A DNA stretch of 64,000 nt from Candidatus Binatia bacterium (lineage in GTDB: Bacteria > Desulfobacterota > Binatia > HRBIN30): positions 128,001 to 192,000 of the forward strand of contig JBBRSP010000011.1 in NCBI GenBank assembly GCA_038245295.1. Reading direction: 5' to 3'. The notes beneath the pieces are model-generated. The model was not told the origin of the DNA. It worked only from the letters and a program-made list of their open reading frames with translations, and searched no databases. A program made the position numbers and the translations under genes. This document shows positions 10,301-19,575 of the stretch, one piece after another (the stretch's first letter is position 1; the number at the start of each line of letters is the position of its first letter).

Positions 10301-10897
10301 AGTATCGTGCCCGATGTGCAGACGGATACGGAGCTGACCTGGAACCTGGGTGACATCAACGGTGGGGAGTCCAGGCAGATCATCATTGAGACCCAGCTCA
10401 ACGATACGGCGTTGCCCGGGGCTTGCCTCGCCAGCACCGCTACGTTGGATGACGATCAGGGCAATCACATGACGCAGTCGGTGAGCGGCGAGGTGCGCGG
10501 CCTGCCGGCACAACCGCCGCGCGTTCCACCCGACCTGCGCGTCGCCGTCACCGCGCCGCAGAAATTGCTGCGGACCCGATCGTTGGCGCACTCGATCTCG
10601 GTGGTGAACAGCTCCAAGCAAGCTGCGACCGGTGTAGTCGTCACCCTGGTGGAGCCGTCCGACATCGTCCTGGTGTCTTCAAATCCGCCTGCGACCTCGG
10701 AAACGGACGATGGTGTAACTCGCACCGTCACCTGGATGTTCGATTCGATTCCGGCGCCCGGACACAAGCGCATCCGCTTGATTCAGAAGGCGACGGTTGC
10801 CGCGCCGCTCTGCGAAGTCCTGGATGTGAACGCCTCGGTGTCGAGCAACGAGGGCGATAGCGACGACGAGACGCGGCACGTCACCGTCCGCCAGTAA
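7334..10897 (+). CDS. Large secreted DUF11 repeat surface protein
   Basis: Signal peptide, then 7 clear ~130-aa repeats (DL.ITKTDG...YTITV.N.GP...V.D.FP...WTC...NTA.V...DP...NN..TDTD) and 2 degenerate Ig-like units. Confidence 0.9.
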   Translation: MVRSVPVQYEKLRWWLLGLVAIVVVPAMAAAQSADLGITKSDGLVNAIPGNAIIYTIVASNAGPDPVVGATVTDAFPVALGLVSWTCAASAGSSCTGVGAGDINDNAANLLVGGTATYTVNATINGSATGILSNTASIAPPALTTDPGPTANSATDTDNLTPTANLSIFNTDGAINEIPGTGITYTSTVGNAGPSNVTGATVTDNFPAALTGVTWTCSASVGSSCTLANAGPISDPVNILSGGTLTYTVNATISAAATGNLVNTATVVVPGGVTDPAGANNSSTDTDALHPEGDLTITKTDGSATAIPGTAIVYTITVGNNGPSNITNAVVQDIFPATLTSPTWTCVAGGGGSCGAAMGAGNISTTATLPVGATAVYTVNATISPAATGMLTNVASIATPGGSSDPTPANNVAVDTDTLQPQADITIVKTDGQATEVPGTTVVYTVTVGNSGPSNASGAIVTDAFPAIMQAPINWTCATAGGASCTAAGMGNINDVVNVPVGGTATYTVTATINAAATGVISNTASVTPPGGVTDPNMANNSSTDTDTLTPQANLSITKTDGFLTAVPGTAIVYTISVTNLGPSTAPNSLVADTFPAALSGVTWTCLASGGSTCGAGGAGNIADTANLLVGGVANYTVNATISAAATGMLSNNASVTPGPGITDTNLLNNSSTDTDTLTPQADMGVTKTDGVASVVPGLTTTYTITVTNTGPSNSVNATVQDLFPAAVSSTTWTCSASAGSTCTGAGVGNINDVVNVLVGGTLTYSVIANVDPCATGLLTNTATVADAGGTTDTNGTNNAASDVDSLTPQVDLTTTKVDIKDPQYVCREITYTITVQNNGPSCATNVVLEDFAPTDTTFVTSVPASCVNVVDTTTCNLGTLAPGGSSVVTIVVNVDFAAKGTVVTNTAVASSDPTETNLADNTGTADTRIRKDDPYLFFLLVAPKNLRIDKVIDQVYRIKVRSLCEPYITTTNVTVDQTIPSEVDVLSTSIVPDVQTDTELTWNLGDINGGESRQIIIETQLNDTALPGACLASTATLDDDQGNHMTQSVSGEVRGLPAQPPRVPPDLRVAVTAPQKLLRTRSLAHSISVVNSSKQAATGVVVTLVEPSDIVLVSSNPPATSETDDGVTRTVTWMFDSIPAPGHKRIRLIQKATVAAPLCEVLDVNASVSSNEGDSDDETRHVTVRQ

Positions 10898-10906
10898 CAA
10901 CCCCGA

Positions 10907-10941
10907 GCCTGCTCCCTCTCCCAACGCGAGAGGGGGCAGGC
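10907..10941. terminator. GC-rich hairpin after the DUF11 gene
   Basis: GCCTGCTCCCTCTC / GAGAGGGGGCAGGC stem with no strong U-tract. Confidence 0.4.
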
Positions 10942-10957
10942 GATATCCTTGTCTATC

Positions 10958-11935
10958 ATGCGCGCCATTCTCGTATCCGGTTGGTGTGAACCAAGGGACC
11001 TGAAGATCTCGGAAGAGGTTCCTGAGCCCGAGCCCGCTGCCGATCAGGTCCTAATCGATATTCGCGCCGCCGGCTGCAACTTCGCCGACATCCTGATGGT
11101 CCAGGGCAAGTATCAGGTGTGTCCGCCGTTTCCATTCATCCCCGGCGCCGAAGTGGCGGGTGTCGTGCGGCAGGTCGGTGCCGACGTCACGACATGCTCG
11201 CCCGGCGATCGAGTTTTTGCCATGGTGCCCTGGGGAGGCTTCGCCGGGGCGGTTGCTGCCGCGCAAGGGTCGGTCGTGAGGATGCCGCCACGCATGTCAT
11301 TCGAGCATGGCGCCGGCTTCGGAGTCGTGTACCAAACTTCCTACTTCGCCTTGGTCTATCGCACGGCGATCCAGCCTGGGGAGACGTTGCTCGTCCACGC
11401 CGCCGCCGGCGGTGTTGGCCTTGCGGCAGTGCAGATCGGCAAGGCCCTTGGTGCGCGTGTGCTCGGCACCGCCGGTTCCGCCGAGAAATGCGAAGTCGCG
11501 CGGCGCAACGGTTGCGAAGAAGCCTACGATTATACCGCCGAGGATTGGGTCGAACGCGTCAAGGCCGCCACCGATGGTCGCGGCGCCGATGTGATCTACG
11601 ATTCGGTCGGCGGGGAGATTTTCGACCGGTCGATGAAGTCTATCGCCTTCGGCGGGCGCCTGCTTGTGATCGGCTTTGCTTCGGGCCAGATCCCTTCGGT
11701 TCAGCTCAACCGTGTCCTCTTGAAGAATATCTCGCTCATCGGACTGCACTGGGGAGCATACATGCAACACGACCCATCGCGGATTTCTGCCGCGACGCAG
11801 GGGCTTTTCGAAATGTACGAGCGCGGGCAAATCCAGCCGGTTGTTTCGGCTACCTTCCCGCTGGCGCAGGCAGACAAGGCCCTTGAGGAGATTGGCTCCC
11901 GACGCAGCGTCGGGAAAGTGCTCCTGATTCCCTGA
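10958..11935 (+). CDS. NADPH:quinone oxidoreductase (zeta-crystallin/MDR family)
   Basis: AAGCNFAD...GKYQ..PPFPFIPGAE, LVHAAAGGVG, GADVIYDSVGG, GRLLVIGFASG. Confidence 0.93.
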   Translation: MRAILVSGWCEPRDLKISEEVPEPEPAADQVLIDIRAAGCNFADILMVQGKYQVCPPFPFIPGAEVAGVVRQVGADVTTCSPGDRVFAMVPWGGFAGAVAAAQGSVVRMPPRMSFEHGAGFGVVYQTSYFALVYRTAIQPGETLLVHAAAGGVGLAAVQIGKALGARVLGTAGSAEKCEVARRNGCEEAYDYTAEDWVERVKAATDGRGADVIYDSVGGEIFDRSMKSIAFGGRLLVIGFASGQIPSVQLNRVLLKNISLIGLHWGAYMQHDPSRISAATQGLFEMYERGQIQPVVSATFPLAQADKALEEIGSRRSVGKVLLIP

Positions 11936-11936
11936 G

Positions 11937-12599
11937 CTAACGCATCGGACGCAGGATTGCCGTGTCGTTGCATCGATCGCGCACATCGGCACCACAGGCG
12001 CGCGGCTCCAGACTGCGATCGAGGCAGATCCGCACTTCCTGCAGATACTTTCCTTTGCACAACACAGCGATCGACTTCAGATCGACGTCGGGGTTGGCCG
12101 CCAAGAAGTGGCGCTTCAAGTCGGCGACAGTAACCTCCTTTGGCGCTTGTAGCTTCACATACAGCGGCGGGATGTGGATCTCGTTGAACACCTGTCGCAC
12201 CAGGGCAAAATACTGGGCCGGCCTCATGCCGCTGCAAGTGCCGTGTTTCTGCCACTCGTGACGCACGAGATCCGGACTCGGCATGACGTCGAGCATGTCG
12301 TTGATCGTGTGTTCTTCGAGTGTTGCGGCATTCGGGCAGGATTCGGGAAAGCCACGCTCATACTGTGGCCACAATCCGTGCACTACGAAGCCATAGCTGC
12401 GCGGTGCCGCACACTGGGTGTCCTGGCGCGCCGCCCCGTGATCGGCGCAGTACTCGGGCGACCACGATAGGCTGAGCAGGTAGTAGGCGAAGGCGCCTCC
12501 TTCCCCGACCCGACTTGTCTTGTGCCGCCGCGCCTGTGCCGGTTGCGCGACGAGCACCAACATCGCGCATACCCCAAGGATTAAACGATTCATCAGCAC
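11937..12599 (-). CDS. Secreted ribonuclease T2 family protein
   Basis: YYLLSLSWSPEYC, FVVHGLWPQ (CAS I), HEWQKHGTC (CAS II), signal peptide. Confidence 0.95.
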   Translation of the reverse strand: MLMNRLILGVCAMLVLVAQPAQARRHKTSRVGEGGAFAYYLLSLSWSPEYCADHGAARQDTQCAAPRSYGFVVHGLWPQYERGFPESCPNAATLEEHTINDMLDVMPSPDLVRHEWQKHGTCSGMRPAQYFALVRQVFNEIHIPPLYVKLQAPKEVTVADLKRHFLAANPDVDLKSIAVLCKGKYLQEVRICLDRSLEPRACGADVRDRCNDTAILRPMR

Positions 12600-12600
12600 C

Positions 12601-14751
12601 TCAGCGCGCCAGTGTGGTGACCACGTTGGTGATCAATCGCATGCCGACGTCGTCGGCCAGCGTCAGAATCGATTCCGGGTGAAACTGAACGGCGGCCATC
12701 GGCAAACTCGTATGCTCGATCGCCATTACCACTCCATCGGCTGTCTCCGCCGTCACCCGTAAGACCGGCGGCAAGTACTCACGCAGCGCAAATAATGAAT
12801 GGTAACGCCCGGCGACGATCTGCCGCGGCAGCCCTTCGAAGATCCGCCCGCCGAGCACGGTGACCGGCGATGGCTTGCCGTGCATCGGGTAGTCGAGCAC
12901 ACCAAGCTTGCCGCCGAAGTGCTCGACCATTCCCTGCAATCCAAGGCAGACCCCGAAGACGGGCAAATCGCGCTCCAGAGCTGCCGTGATGGTGCCGGAA
13001 ACATTGAAATCCGTCGGTGTCCCAGGGCCGGGCGACAACACGACCAGATCAGGTCTTGCGTCATCCATCTCCGTGGCGGCGAAACCGGCGCGCAAGGTGA
13101 TGACCTCGGCGCCTGCCTGTCGGAAGTAATTGGCGAGCGTGTGGACGAAGGAATCCTGGTGGTCCACGAGCAGGACCCGTTTGCCATTGCGGCGCTGCAT
13201 CGGACTGGCGGTTGTTTCCGGCTTGCCGACGTCACGCGGGCGTCGAATGGCGTCGAGCAACGCCGAGCCTTTGACGCGCGTCTCGCGCTCCTCCTCGTCC
13301 GGGTCCGAGTCGTAGAGAAGCGTTGCGCCGGCCCGCACTTCGGCGACGCCGTCCTTGATCCGGATCGTGCGCAACGTCAGCCCGGTGTTGAGATTGCGAT
13401 CGAAGCCGATGTAGCCGACCGCACCGCCGTACCAGGCGCGCGGCGACTTCTCGTGGTCTTCGATGAATTGCATGGCCCAGGCTTTGGGAGCCCCGGTAAC
13501 CGTTACGGCCCACGTGTGCGTCAGGAATGCATCGAGCGCGTCGAACTCTTTGCGCAAGCGACCTTCGACATGGTCGACCGTGTGGATCAGCCGCGAGTAC
13601 ATTTCGATCTGACGCCGGCCGATCACCCGCACACTGCCAGGTTCGCAGATGCGCGATTTGTCGTTGCGGTCGACGTCGGTACACATCGTCAGCTCCGACT
13701 CATCCTTCGTAGAGTTCAGCAGGCGGAGGATCTGTGTTGCGTCGCCAATCGGATCGATACCGCGGGCGATGGTGCCGGAGATGGGGCAGGTCTCGACACG
13801 GTCACCTTCGACACGAACGTACATCTCAGGCGACGCGCCAACGAGATACTCAGCGTTCCCTAGATTGGCGATGAAGCCGTAGGGAGCCGGGTTGCGTTCA
13901 CGCAGACGGCGAAACACTTCGCTCGGCGGAGCCGGGCAGGGCTCGAAGAAGATCTGGCCGGGAACCACTTCGAAGAGATCGCCACGTTTGAACGACTCGC
14001 GCGCCTTGCGTACACCCTCGGCATACTCACCGGGAGCATGGTCACAGTCCCGGGGGACATGCGTGACGCCCTGATACGGCGTGGCGGCACCCTCACGCTC
14101 GAAAGCCGCCGTCGTGCGGCCGCGATATTCAAAGTCATAGAGATGCCGCACCGCCCGTTCGCGGCGGTGATCAACGACCGTCAGTGCATCGGGCAGGTAC
14201 AGAATGATGTCGCGCTGATCAGCCGGACGTTCCAGACGCAAACGAATCGGCTCGAACTGGAACGCCAGGTCGTAGGCGAACGCTCCGTAGAGTCCGAGGT
14301 GATTGTCGACGGAACTGAAGAAGAGGTCGAGGATCGCTCGCAAGACCGAGAAGACGGAAGGCTGCTTCGAACGCTGCTCCTCCGGAAAGCGCCCTTCGGT
14401 TTCGGCAATCGTACCCTCGACCAGATCGATCGTCTTCGTCAGCTCGGCGATGGCCGGGATACCCTGCAGCCAACCGGCGATGGCCGGCAGGATCACTTGC
14501 CCACGCGAATTCAGCGCTTCGATGCGGAAGCGGCGCTCGCGCGCCGTTAGGACCAGCGGCGGATCAGAGAAGCCGATGTCCCAACGCGTGTAACGACCAG
14601 GGTACTCGTAGCTTGACGCCAGCACGATGCCGCGATGGCTATCGAGCGCGTCGAGAATCGGCTCGATGGCGCCGAACGGGGAAATCTCTTCGGTGCGGCG
14701 GTGCACCGTAATGCCACCCCGCGTCGTGTAACTGTCGTTGATCTCAATCAC
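12601..14751 (-). CDS. trpE: Fused anthranilate synthase TrpE(G)
   Basis: SYEYPGRYTRWD, ASPEMYVRV, PISGT, TVTGAPK, followed by a GATase domain (DHQDSF, SPGPG, GVCLG, QFHPES). Exact start uncertain; GTG 14751 chosen. Confidence 0.95.
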   Translation of the reverse strand: MIEINDSYTTRGGITVHRRTEEISPFGAIEPILDALDSHRGIVLASSYEYPGRYTRWDIGFSDPPLVLTARERRFRIEALNSRGQVILPAIAGWLQGIPAIAELTKTIDLVEGTIAETEGRFPEEQRSKQPSVFSVLRAILDLFFSSVDNHLGLYGAFAYDLAFQFEPIRLRLERPADQRDIILYLPDALTVVDHRRERAVRHLYDFEYRGRTTAAFEREGAATPYQGVTHVPRDCDHAPGEYAEGVRKARESFKRGDLFEVVPGQIFFEPCPAPPSEVFRRLRERNPAPYGFIANLGNAEYLVGASPEMYVRVEGDRVETCPISGTIARGIDPIGDATQILRLLNSTKDESELTMCTDVDRNDKSRICEPGSVRVIGRRQIEMYSRLIHTVDHVEGRLRKEFDALDAFLTHTWAVTVTGAPKAWAMQFIEDHEKSPRAWYGGAVGYIGFDRNLNTGLTLRTIRIKDGVAEVRAGATLLYDSDPDEEERETRVKGSALLDAIRRPRDVGKPETTASPMQRRNGKRVLLVDHQDSFVHTLANYFRQAGAEVITLRAGFAATEMDDARPDLVVLSPGPGTPTDFNVSGTITAALERDLPVFGVCLGLQGMVEHFGGKLGVLDYPMHGKPSPVTVLGGRIFEGLPRQIVAGRYHSLFALREYLPPVLRVTAETADGVVMAIEHTSLPMAAVQFHPESILTLADDVGMRLITNVVTTLAR

Positions 14752-14906
14752 GTGCCGTATACTGCTGCAGCGCGTCAGAAAAGTCACGCGCCGGAACGTG
14801 CTCGATTCCTAACGTTCGTAGAAGTGGAAATCGACGAACCAGGCTAAATCGGTGCCGTAACGCCGTGACTCAGACGGCGAGCCGGTGCTAAGGACACGCC
14901 ATTGTC

Positions 14907-16343
14907 ATGACCGAGATCAAACGAGACATTCCGACCGATGTCCTCGCCGAACGCTACGCCAGCCCCGCCATGTCGGCGATCTGGTCGGCGCGTGGCAAGG
15001 TGATTTTGGAACGCGAGTACTGGATCGCCGTGATGAAGGCACAGCGCGAGCTGGGCTTGGCCATCCCGCCTGACGCCATTGCCGCCTACGAACGGGTGAA
15101 GGACCAGGTCGACCTGGAGAGTATTCGCGCTCGCGAGCGCGTCACGCGTCACGACGTGAAAGCACGCATCGAAGAATTCTGTGACCTTGCCGGTCAAGAA
15201 CACATCCACAAGGGCCTCACGAGCCGCGATTTGACGGAGAACGTCGAACAGCTCCAGGTGCGACGTTCGCTCGATCTCCTCCGTACCAAATACGCTGCCT
15301 GCCTGATTCGTCTGGCGACACGGGTGCGCGAGTTGCGCGATCTCGTCCTGACGGCGCGCACGCACAACGTGGCGGCGCAGCCGACGACGGTTGGTCGGCG
15401 TCTGGCGATGTTCGGCGAAGAGATGCTCCTCGCCTTCGAACAGTTGGAATCAGTCATTGATCGCTATCCGCTGCGCGGGCTCAAGGGCCCGGTCGGAACG
15501 CAACTCGATCAGCTGACGCTGTTTGATGGCGACGCGTCCAAAGTGGAGGCGCTCGAACAAGCCGTTGTACAATTCCTCGGCTTTAAACGTGCGCTCGGCG
15601 CGGTTGGTCAGGTTTATCCGCGTAGCCTCGACTTCGAGGTTGTCAGCGCTGTCTACCAGCTAGGCGCCGGCCCCAGCAGCTTTGCAAAAACCATCCGTCT
15701 CATGAGTGGCTTCGAGCTGGCGTCCGAAGGCTTCAAAGAAGGGCAGGTCGGCTCTTCCGCGATGCCGCACAAGATCAACGCTCGCAGCTCCGAGCGACTC
15801 AATGGACTACATGTCATTCTACGCGGCTACTTGAATATGGTGATGGGCCTGGCCGGCGATCAGTGGAATGAAGGCGACGTGTCGTGTTCGGTGGTTCGTC
15901 GTGTCGCGCTGCCCGGCGCCATGCTGGCCGCCGATGGACTGCTCGAAACGTTCCTGACGGTGATCGGCGACTTCACCGTGTTCCCCGAAGTGATTGGTGC
16001 CGAACGCCAACGCTACCTGCCATTCCTGGCGACGACGACCATTCTGATGGAAGCGGTGCGCCACGGGGCGGGCCGCGAAACGGCGCATGCGGCGATCCAG
16101 CAGCACGCCCAGGCCGTGGCGCGCGCCTTGCGCGAAGGCGGCCGGGAAAACGATATGCTCGATCGTCTCGCCGCCGATACACGCGTCGGGCTGACGAAGG
16201 ACGAGCTACATGGGTTGCTGGCGTCCGGTGGACGGCTGACCGGCGCGGCGGCACAGCAGGCGGATCACTTCGTCGCCGCTGTCGCAGCGGTGGCTCAACG
16301 GATACCGCAAGCGGCTGCGGTGACACCGGGCGAAATTCTCTGA
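14907..16343 (+). CDS. purB: Adenylosuccinate lyase
   Basis: RHDVKA, IHKGLTSRD, RTHNVAAQPTT, and signature GSSAMPHKIN. Confidence 0.95.
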   Translation: MTEIKRDIPTDVLAERYASPAMSAIWSARGKVILEREYWIAVMKAQRELGLAIPPDAIAAYERVKDQVDLESIRARERVTRHDVKARIEEFCDLAGQEHIHKGLTSRDLTENVEQLQVRRSLDLLRTKYAACLIRLATRVRELRDLVLTARTHNVAAQPTTVGRRLAMFGEEMLLAFEQLESVIDRYPLRGLKGPVGTQLDQLTLFDGDASKVEALEQAVVQFLGFKRALGAVGQVYPRSLDFEVVSAVYQLGAGPSSFAKTIRLMSGFELASEGFKEGQVGSSAMPHKINARSSERLNGLHVILRGYLNMVMGLAGDQWNEGDVSCSVVRRVALPGAMLAADGLLETFLTVIGDFTVFPEVIGAERQRYLPFLATTTILMEAVRHGAGRETAHAAIQQHAQAVARALREGGRENDMLDRLAADTRVGLTKDELHGLLASGGRLTGAAAQQADHFVAAVAAVAQRIPQAAAVTPGEIL

Positions 16344-16463
16344 CGCTTGTCGCGGCAGTTTGCAAACGACTGGTGCATTTCCGCGTCGAAAAGTTTCGGA
16401 TATTTGCACCAGGCATCGTTGCGCCGTGCGTGACAACCTGCGGCAATCTGGTAAGAGCCAACT

Positions 16464-17288
16464 ATGTCGAAGCCGCTTCCCACGAAGGACGATGAACGGC
16501 CGCGAGCCCTGGTTACCGGCGCTTCCGCAGGCATCGGCGCTGCCTTTGCCACTCGGTTGGCGCGTGCCGGTTACGACCTCGTCTTAGTCGCCCGCAGCGG
16601 CGACACACTCAAGAGACAAGCTTTCGCCCTGAGCGACAAGTTCCGCGTCAGTGTCGAAGCGCTGCCGGCCGATCTGATCGACCCGGCACAGCTGAAGGTC
16701 GTCGAGTCCTACGTTGCGGCGGATGAGCGCCTGACACTGCTCGTCAACAACGCCGGCTTTGGAACGATGGGACGCTTCCACGAGCTCGACGTGGACAAGG
16801 AAGAATCGGAGATCCGCCTCAACGTCCTCGCCCTGGTCCGCCTTACTCGTGCCGCGTTGCCGGGGATGGTGGCGCGCGCCGACGGTGCGATCATCAACGT
16901 GTCATCGATGGCGTCGTTCCAGGCCGCACCGTTTAATGCCACGTATGCGGCGACCAAGGCCTACATCAACTCGTTCACCGAGAGTCTCTACGAAGAGCTG
17001 CGCGGCACCAACGTGCGGGTTCAGGCTCTTTGCCCAGGCTTCACGCGCACCGAGTTCCAGCAGCGGGCGGGTATCGATGTGACCGGTGTGCCGTCCATGG
17101 CGTGGATGTCGGCCGACGACGTTGTGGAAGCCTCGCTCGCCGCTCTGCAGCGCCGCGATCTGATCTGTGTTCCCGGCATGTCGAACAAGATCGTTTCGAC
17201 ACTCACCAGCGCTTTGCCGCGCAGCATCACCCGTCGCCTGGCCGGGATGCTTGCCTCCAGCGTGCTCGGCGGCGACGACAAGAAGTAG
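16464..17288 (+). CDS. Short-chain dehydrogenase/reductase
   Basis: TGASAGIG, NNAGFG, YAATK. Confidence 0.93.
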   Translation: MSKPLPTKDDERPRALVTGASAGIGAAFATRLARAGYDLVLVARSGDTLKRQAFALSDKFRVSVEALPADLIDPAQLKVVESYVAADERLTLLVNNAGFGTMGRFHELDVDKEESEIRLNVLALVRLTRAALPGMVARADGAIINVSSMASFQAAPFNATYAATKAYINSFTESLYEELRGTNVRVQALCPGFTRTEFQQRAGIDVTGVPSMAWMSADDVVEASLAALQRRDLICVPGMSNKIVSTLTSALPRSITRRLAGMLASSVLGGDDKK

Positions 17289-17291
17289 CCT

Positions 17292-17744
17292 CTAAGACAT
17301 CCCGGAGTCGCCGTTCTCCAGATCCTCGGCGCGCAACGGCGCCACGTGGATGCTCTCGTAGCGTCGCAGCAAAACTTTCCCCGGCTCGAATCCGCGTGGC
17401 TTGCTCACGTCGGCGCACTGGGCAACATGCACCGTTGCGGTCTTCGCATTGCGCCCCTTGGAGTACCCGGCAGCCAACCCGGCGGCGAAGCGCAGGGTTT
17501 CGCGGGGCAGCTTCGGCAATTTGTCCGGATTGCGCACGACGACGTGGGAGCCGGAGTCGCCGGACAGGTGAAACCAGAAATCCTGCGGCGCGCCCAACTT
17601 GAGCGATAGGGTGTCGTTCTCGACCGCCGTCTTACCGACGAGCACGATGAAACCCTCCGGCGATACGAAGCGCCGCGCGATCCGTTTACCCTCGAAGATG
17701 CCGGCGTCCGGGTCTGTGACTCCGGGAGGACGACTGCCGCTCAT
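17292..17744 (-). CDS. Stand-alone NFACT RNA-binding (DUF814-like) domain protein
   Basis: VLVGKTAVEND.LS, DFWFH...GSHVVVR, AA.LAA.YSK, VSKP.G..PGKV. ATG overlaps the upstream stop codon (ATGA). Confidence 0.85.
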   Translation of the reverse strand: MSGSRPPGVTDPDAGIFEGKRIARRFVSPEGFIVLVGKTAVENDTLSLKLGAPQDFWFHLSGDSGSHVVVRNPDKLPKLPRETLRFAAGLAAGYSKGRNAKTATVHVAQCADVSKPRGFEPGKVLLRRYESIHVAPLRAEDLENGDSGMS

Positions 17745-18424
17745 TTGCCGGCGCTGAGGTCGGCCCGCTGCATGATCGAGTGTGCCTCGTAGTACATGCC
17801 GCGTTTGATCGCGCCCATCGTGCCACGATCTTTGTCGGTCAGGGCAGCAACCCGTTCGATGGCATTGCCCACGACATCTGTCACCGCCGCCGTTCCATCC
17901 ACGACGCCGAGGGTGACGCAGTCCGCGGCGTTGACGCGTTTGCCGCTCAACAACAGGTCGCGCAACACACCGGGTGTCAGCCGGGTTTTGATCAGGGCCA
18001 TCATGCCAGGAGCGAAGGGCATGCGTAGGTCGATCTCCGGTAGGCAAAAATAGCCGCGATCGGCGCGCATGATTCGGAAGTCGTGCGCCAAAGAGAGCAT
18101 GGCGCCGCCGGCAAAGGCGTGACCGTTCATCGCCGCGGCGGTTGCCATGGGAAAGGTCATCAGGCGACCGAGCATCTTGATCAGATCGGCGACGACTGCC
18201 GTGAACTGCGGTGCGCCTTCTCCCATCAACCAATCGAGATCGAGGCCGTTCGAATAGAACTTGTCTTCGCCGGTGGTGACCAGCGCGGCTGGCCCTTCGG
18301 AACGCTCCACTTCGTCGAGCGCGGCATTGAAGTCGTCGATGAAAATGCGATTGAAGCGATTCTCCCCGGCGCGCATGGTCAGCACGAAAACCGACCCTTC
18401 TCGTTTGAGATCAATCACTGACAC
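17741..18424 (-). CDS. Enoyl-CoA hydratase/isomerase (delta3-delta2 isomerase-like)
   Basis: ENRFN, KFYSNGLDL, AMNGHAFAGG...HDFRIMRADRGYFCLPE. Confidence 0.9.
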   Translation of the reverse strand: MSVIDLKREGSVFVLTMRAGENRFNRIFIDDFNAALDEVERSEGPAALVTTGEDKFYSNGLDLDWLMGEGAPQFTAVVADLIKMLGRLMTFPMATAAAMNGHAFAGGAMLSLAHDFRIMRADRGYFCLPEIDLRMPFAPGMMALIKTRLTPGVLRDLLLSGKRVNAADCVTLGVVDGTAAVTDVVGNAIERVAALTDKDRGTMGAIKRGMYYEAHSIMQRADLSAGK

Positions 18425-18479
18425 GGTGGTCCCTTTCTTTCATTCTGCCGTGTGATGCAGGATCGCCGGTAGGCGTGTC

Positions 18480-19550
18480 TCACCCAAGCACCAATGGTCC
18501 TGTCTTGAGCCGCGGCAACACGTAGCGACCAACGTAGTCACACTCATCCGCGTGCGTATAACCGGAAAGGATGAAGCCACGCAGGCCGAGGTCGATGTAC
18601 GCCTGCAGTTTGCTTACGACTTGATCCGGGTCGCCGACCAGTGCCGCGCCGCAGCCGCTGCGGGCGCGGCCAATGCCGGTCCAGAGGTTGTCTTCGACGA
18701 AGCCTTCGTCGTCCGCCGCGCCACGCATTTCAGCCTGGCGGCGCACTCCTTCGGAGGCATGATCGAGCGACTTCTTCCGGATTTCTTCCCCGGTTCCGGC
18801 GTCGAGTTTGCTCATCAGTTTGCGCGCCGCCGCTCGCGCCTGCGCTTCGGTTTCGCGCACGATCATGTGGATACGGTAGCCGAACTGCAGTTCGCGACCG
18901 ACACGGCTGGCCCGCTGGCGCATGTCGTCGAGAAGTGTTCGCAGGGCCGGTATCGGCTCCGGCCACATCAAGAATACATCAGCCTCGGCGGCGGCCGCAT
19001 TGCGCGCGTCCTCCGAGAGGCCGCCGAAATAAAAGGGCGGGCACCGACGGCCTACCGGTTGTGCGGCTGGGGCATCGAGATCGAGCTGGAAAAACTCGCC
19101 CTGGTGGTGAATCGCCTCGCCATTCAGGAGAGCACGGAGAATCTGCATGCATTCACGGGTGCGTTGATAACGCGGCGCCGACGGTAGAGGTGCGCCGGGC
19201 AGATCACTCGAAATGATGTTGATCGTCAGTCGGCCGCCGAGCATCTGGTCGAGTGTTGCCAGCTGACGCGCCAATTGGGGCGGAAACATTTCGCCGCATC
19301 GCACGGCGACCAGTAGCCGTATACGCGACGTCAGTGGGGCAACTGCCGCGGCGAAGGCGACGCTATCGATGCCAAGGTTGTACCCCGACGGGCACAGTAT
19401 GTTGTTGAAGCCATTCGCCTCGGCGCGTAGCAGGATATCGCGACAATGAGGGAAGGAGCTGCGCAGGGCTGGATTCGGTACGCCTAGATACTCGTAGTCA
19501 TCATCGCACAGCGGCGCGAACCACGCGACCTCAACACTCGGGCGTTCCAT
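18480..19550 (-). CDS. LLM-class flavin-dependent monooxygenase, sulfoquinovose monooxygenase (SmoC/SquD)-like
   Basis: WFAPLCDDDYEYLGVP..LRSSF.HC, NILCPS, AVRCGEM, NIISSD.PG and LWTGIGRARSGCGAALVG match my recollection of Agrobacterium SmoC. Confidence 0.85.
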   Translation of the reverse strand: MERPSVEVAWFAPLCDDDYEYLGVPNPALRSSFPHCRDILLRAEANGFNNILCPSGYNLGIDSVAFAAAVAPLTSRIRLLVAVRCGEMFPPQLARQLATLDQMLGGRLTINIISSDLPGAPLPSAPRYQRTRECMQILRALLNGEAIHHQGEFFQLDLDAPAAQPVGRRCPPFYFGGLSEDARNAAAAEADVFLMWPEPIPALRTLLDDMRQRASRVGRELQFGYRIHMIVRETEAQARAAARKLMSKLDAGTGEEIRKKSLDHASEGVRRQAEMRGAADDEGFVEDNLWTGIGRARSGCGAALVGDPDQVVSKLQAYIDLGLRGFILSGYTHADECDYVGRYVLPRLKTGPLVLG

Positions 19551-19575
19551 CAGCGAGGCCTCACTCCTTCGTGTG

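Noticed and set aside
17745..18233. Upstream extensions of ORF-track calls for NFACT-R (to 18233), EEP (to 31350), LLM (to 39737) and crotonase (to 46330)
   Set aside because: They overlap neighbouring genuine genes; family homology begins at the downstream starts used in the feature list.
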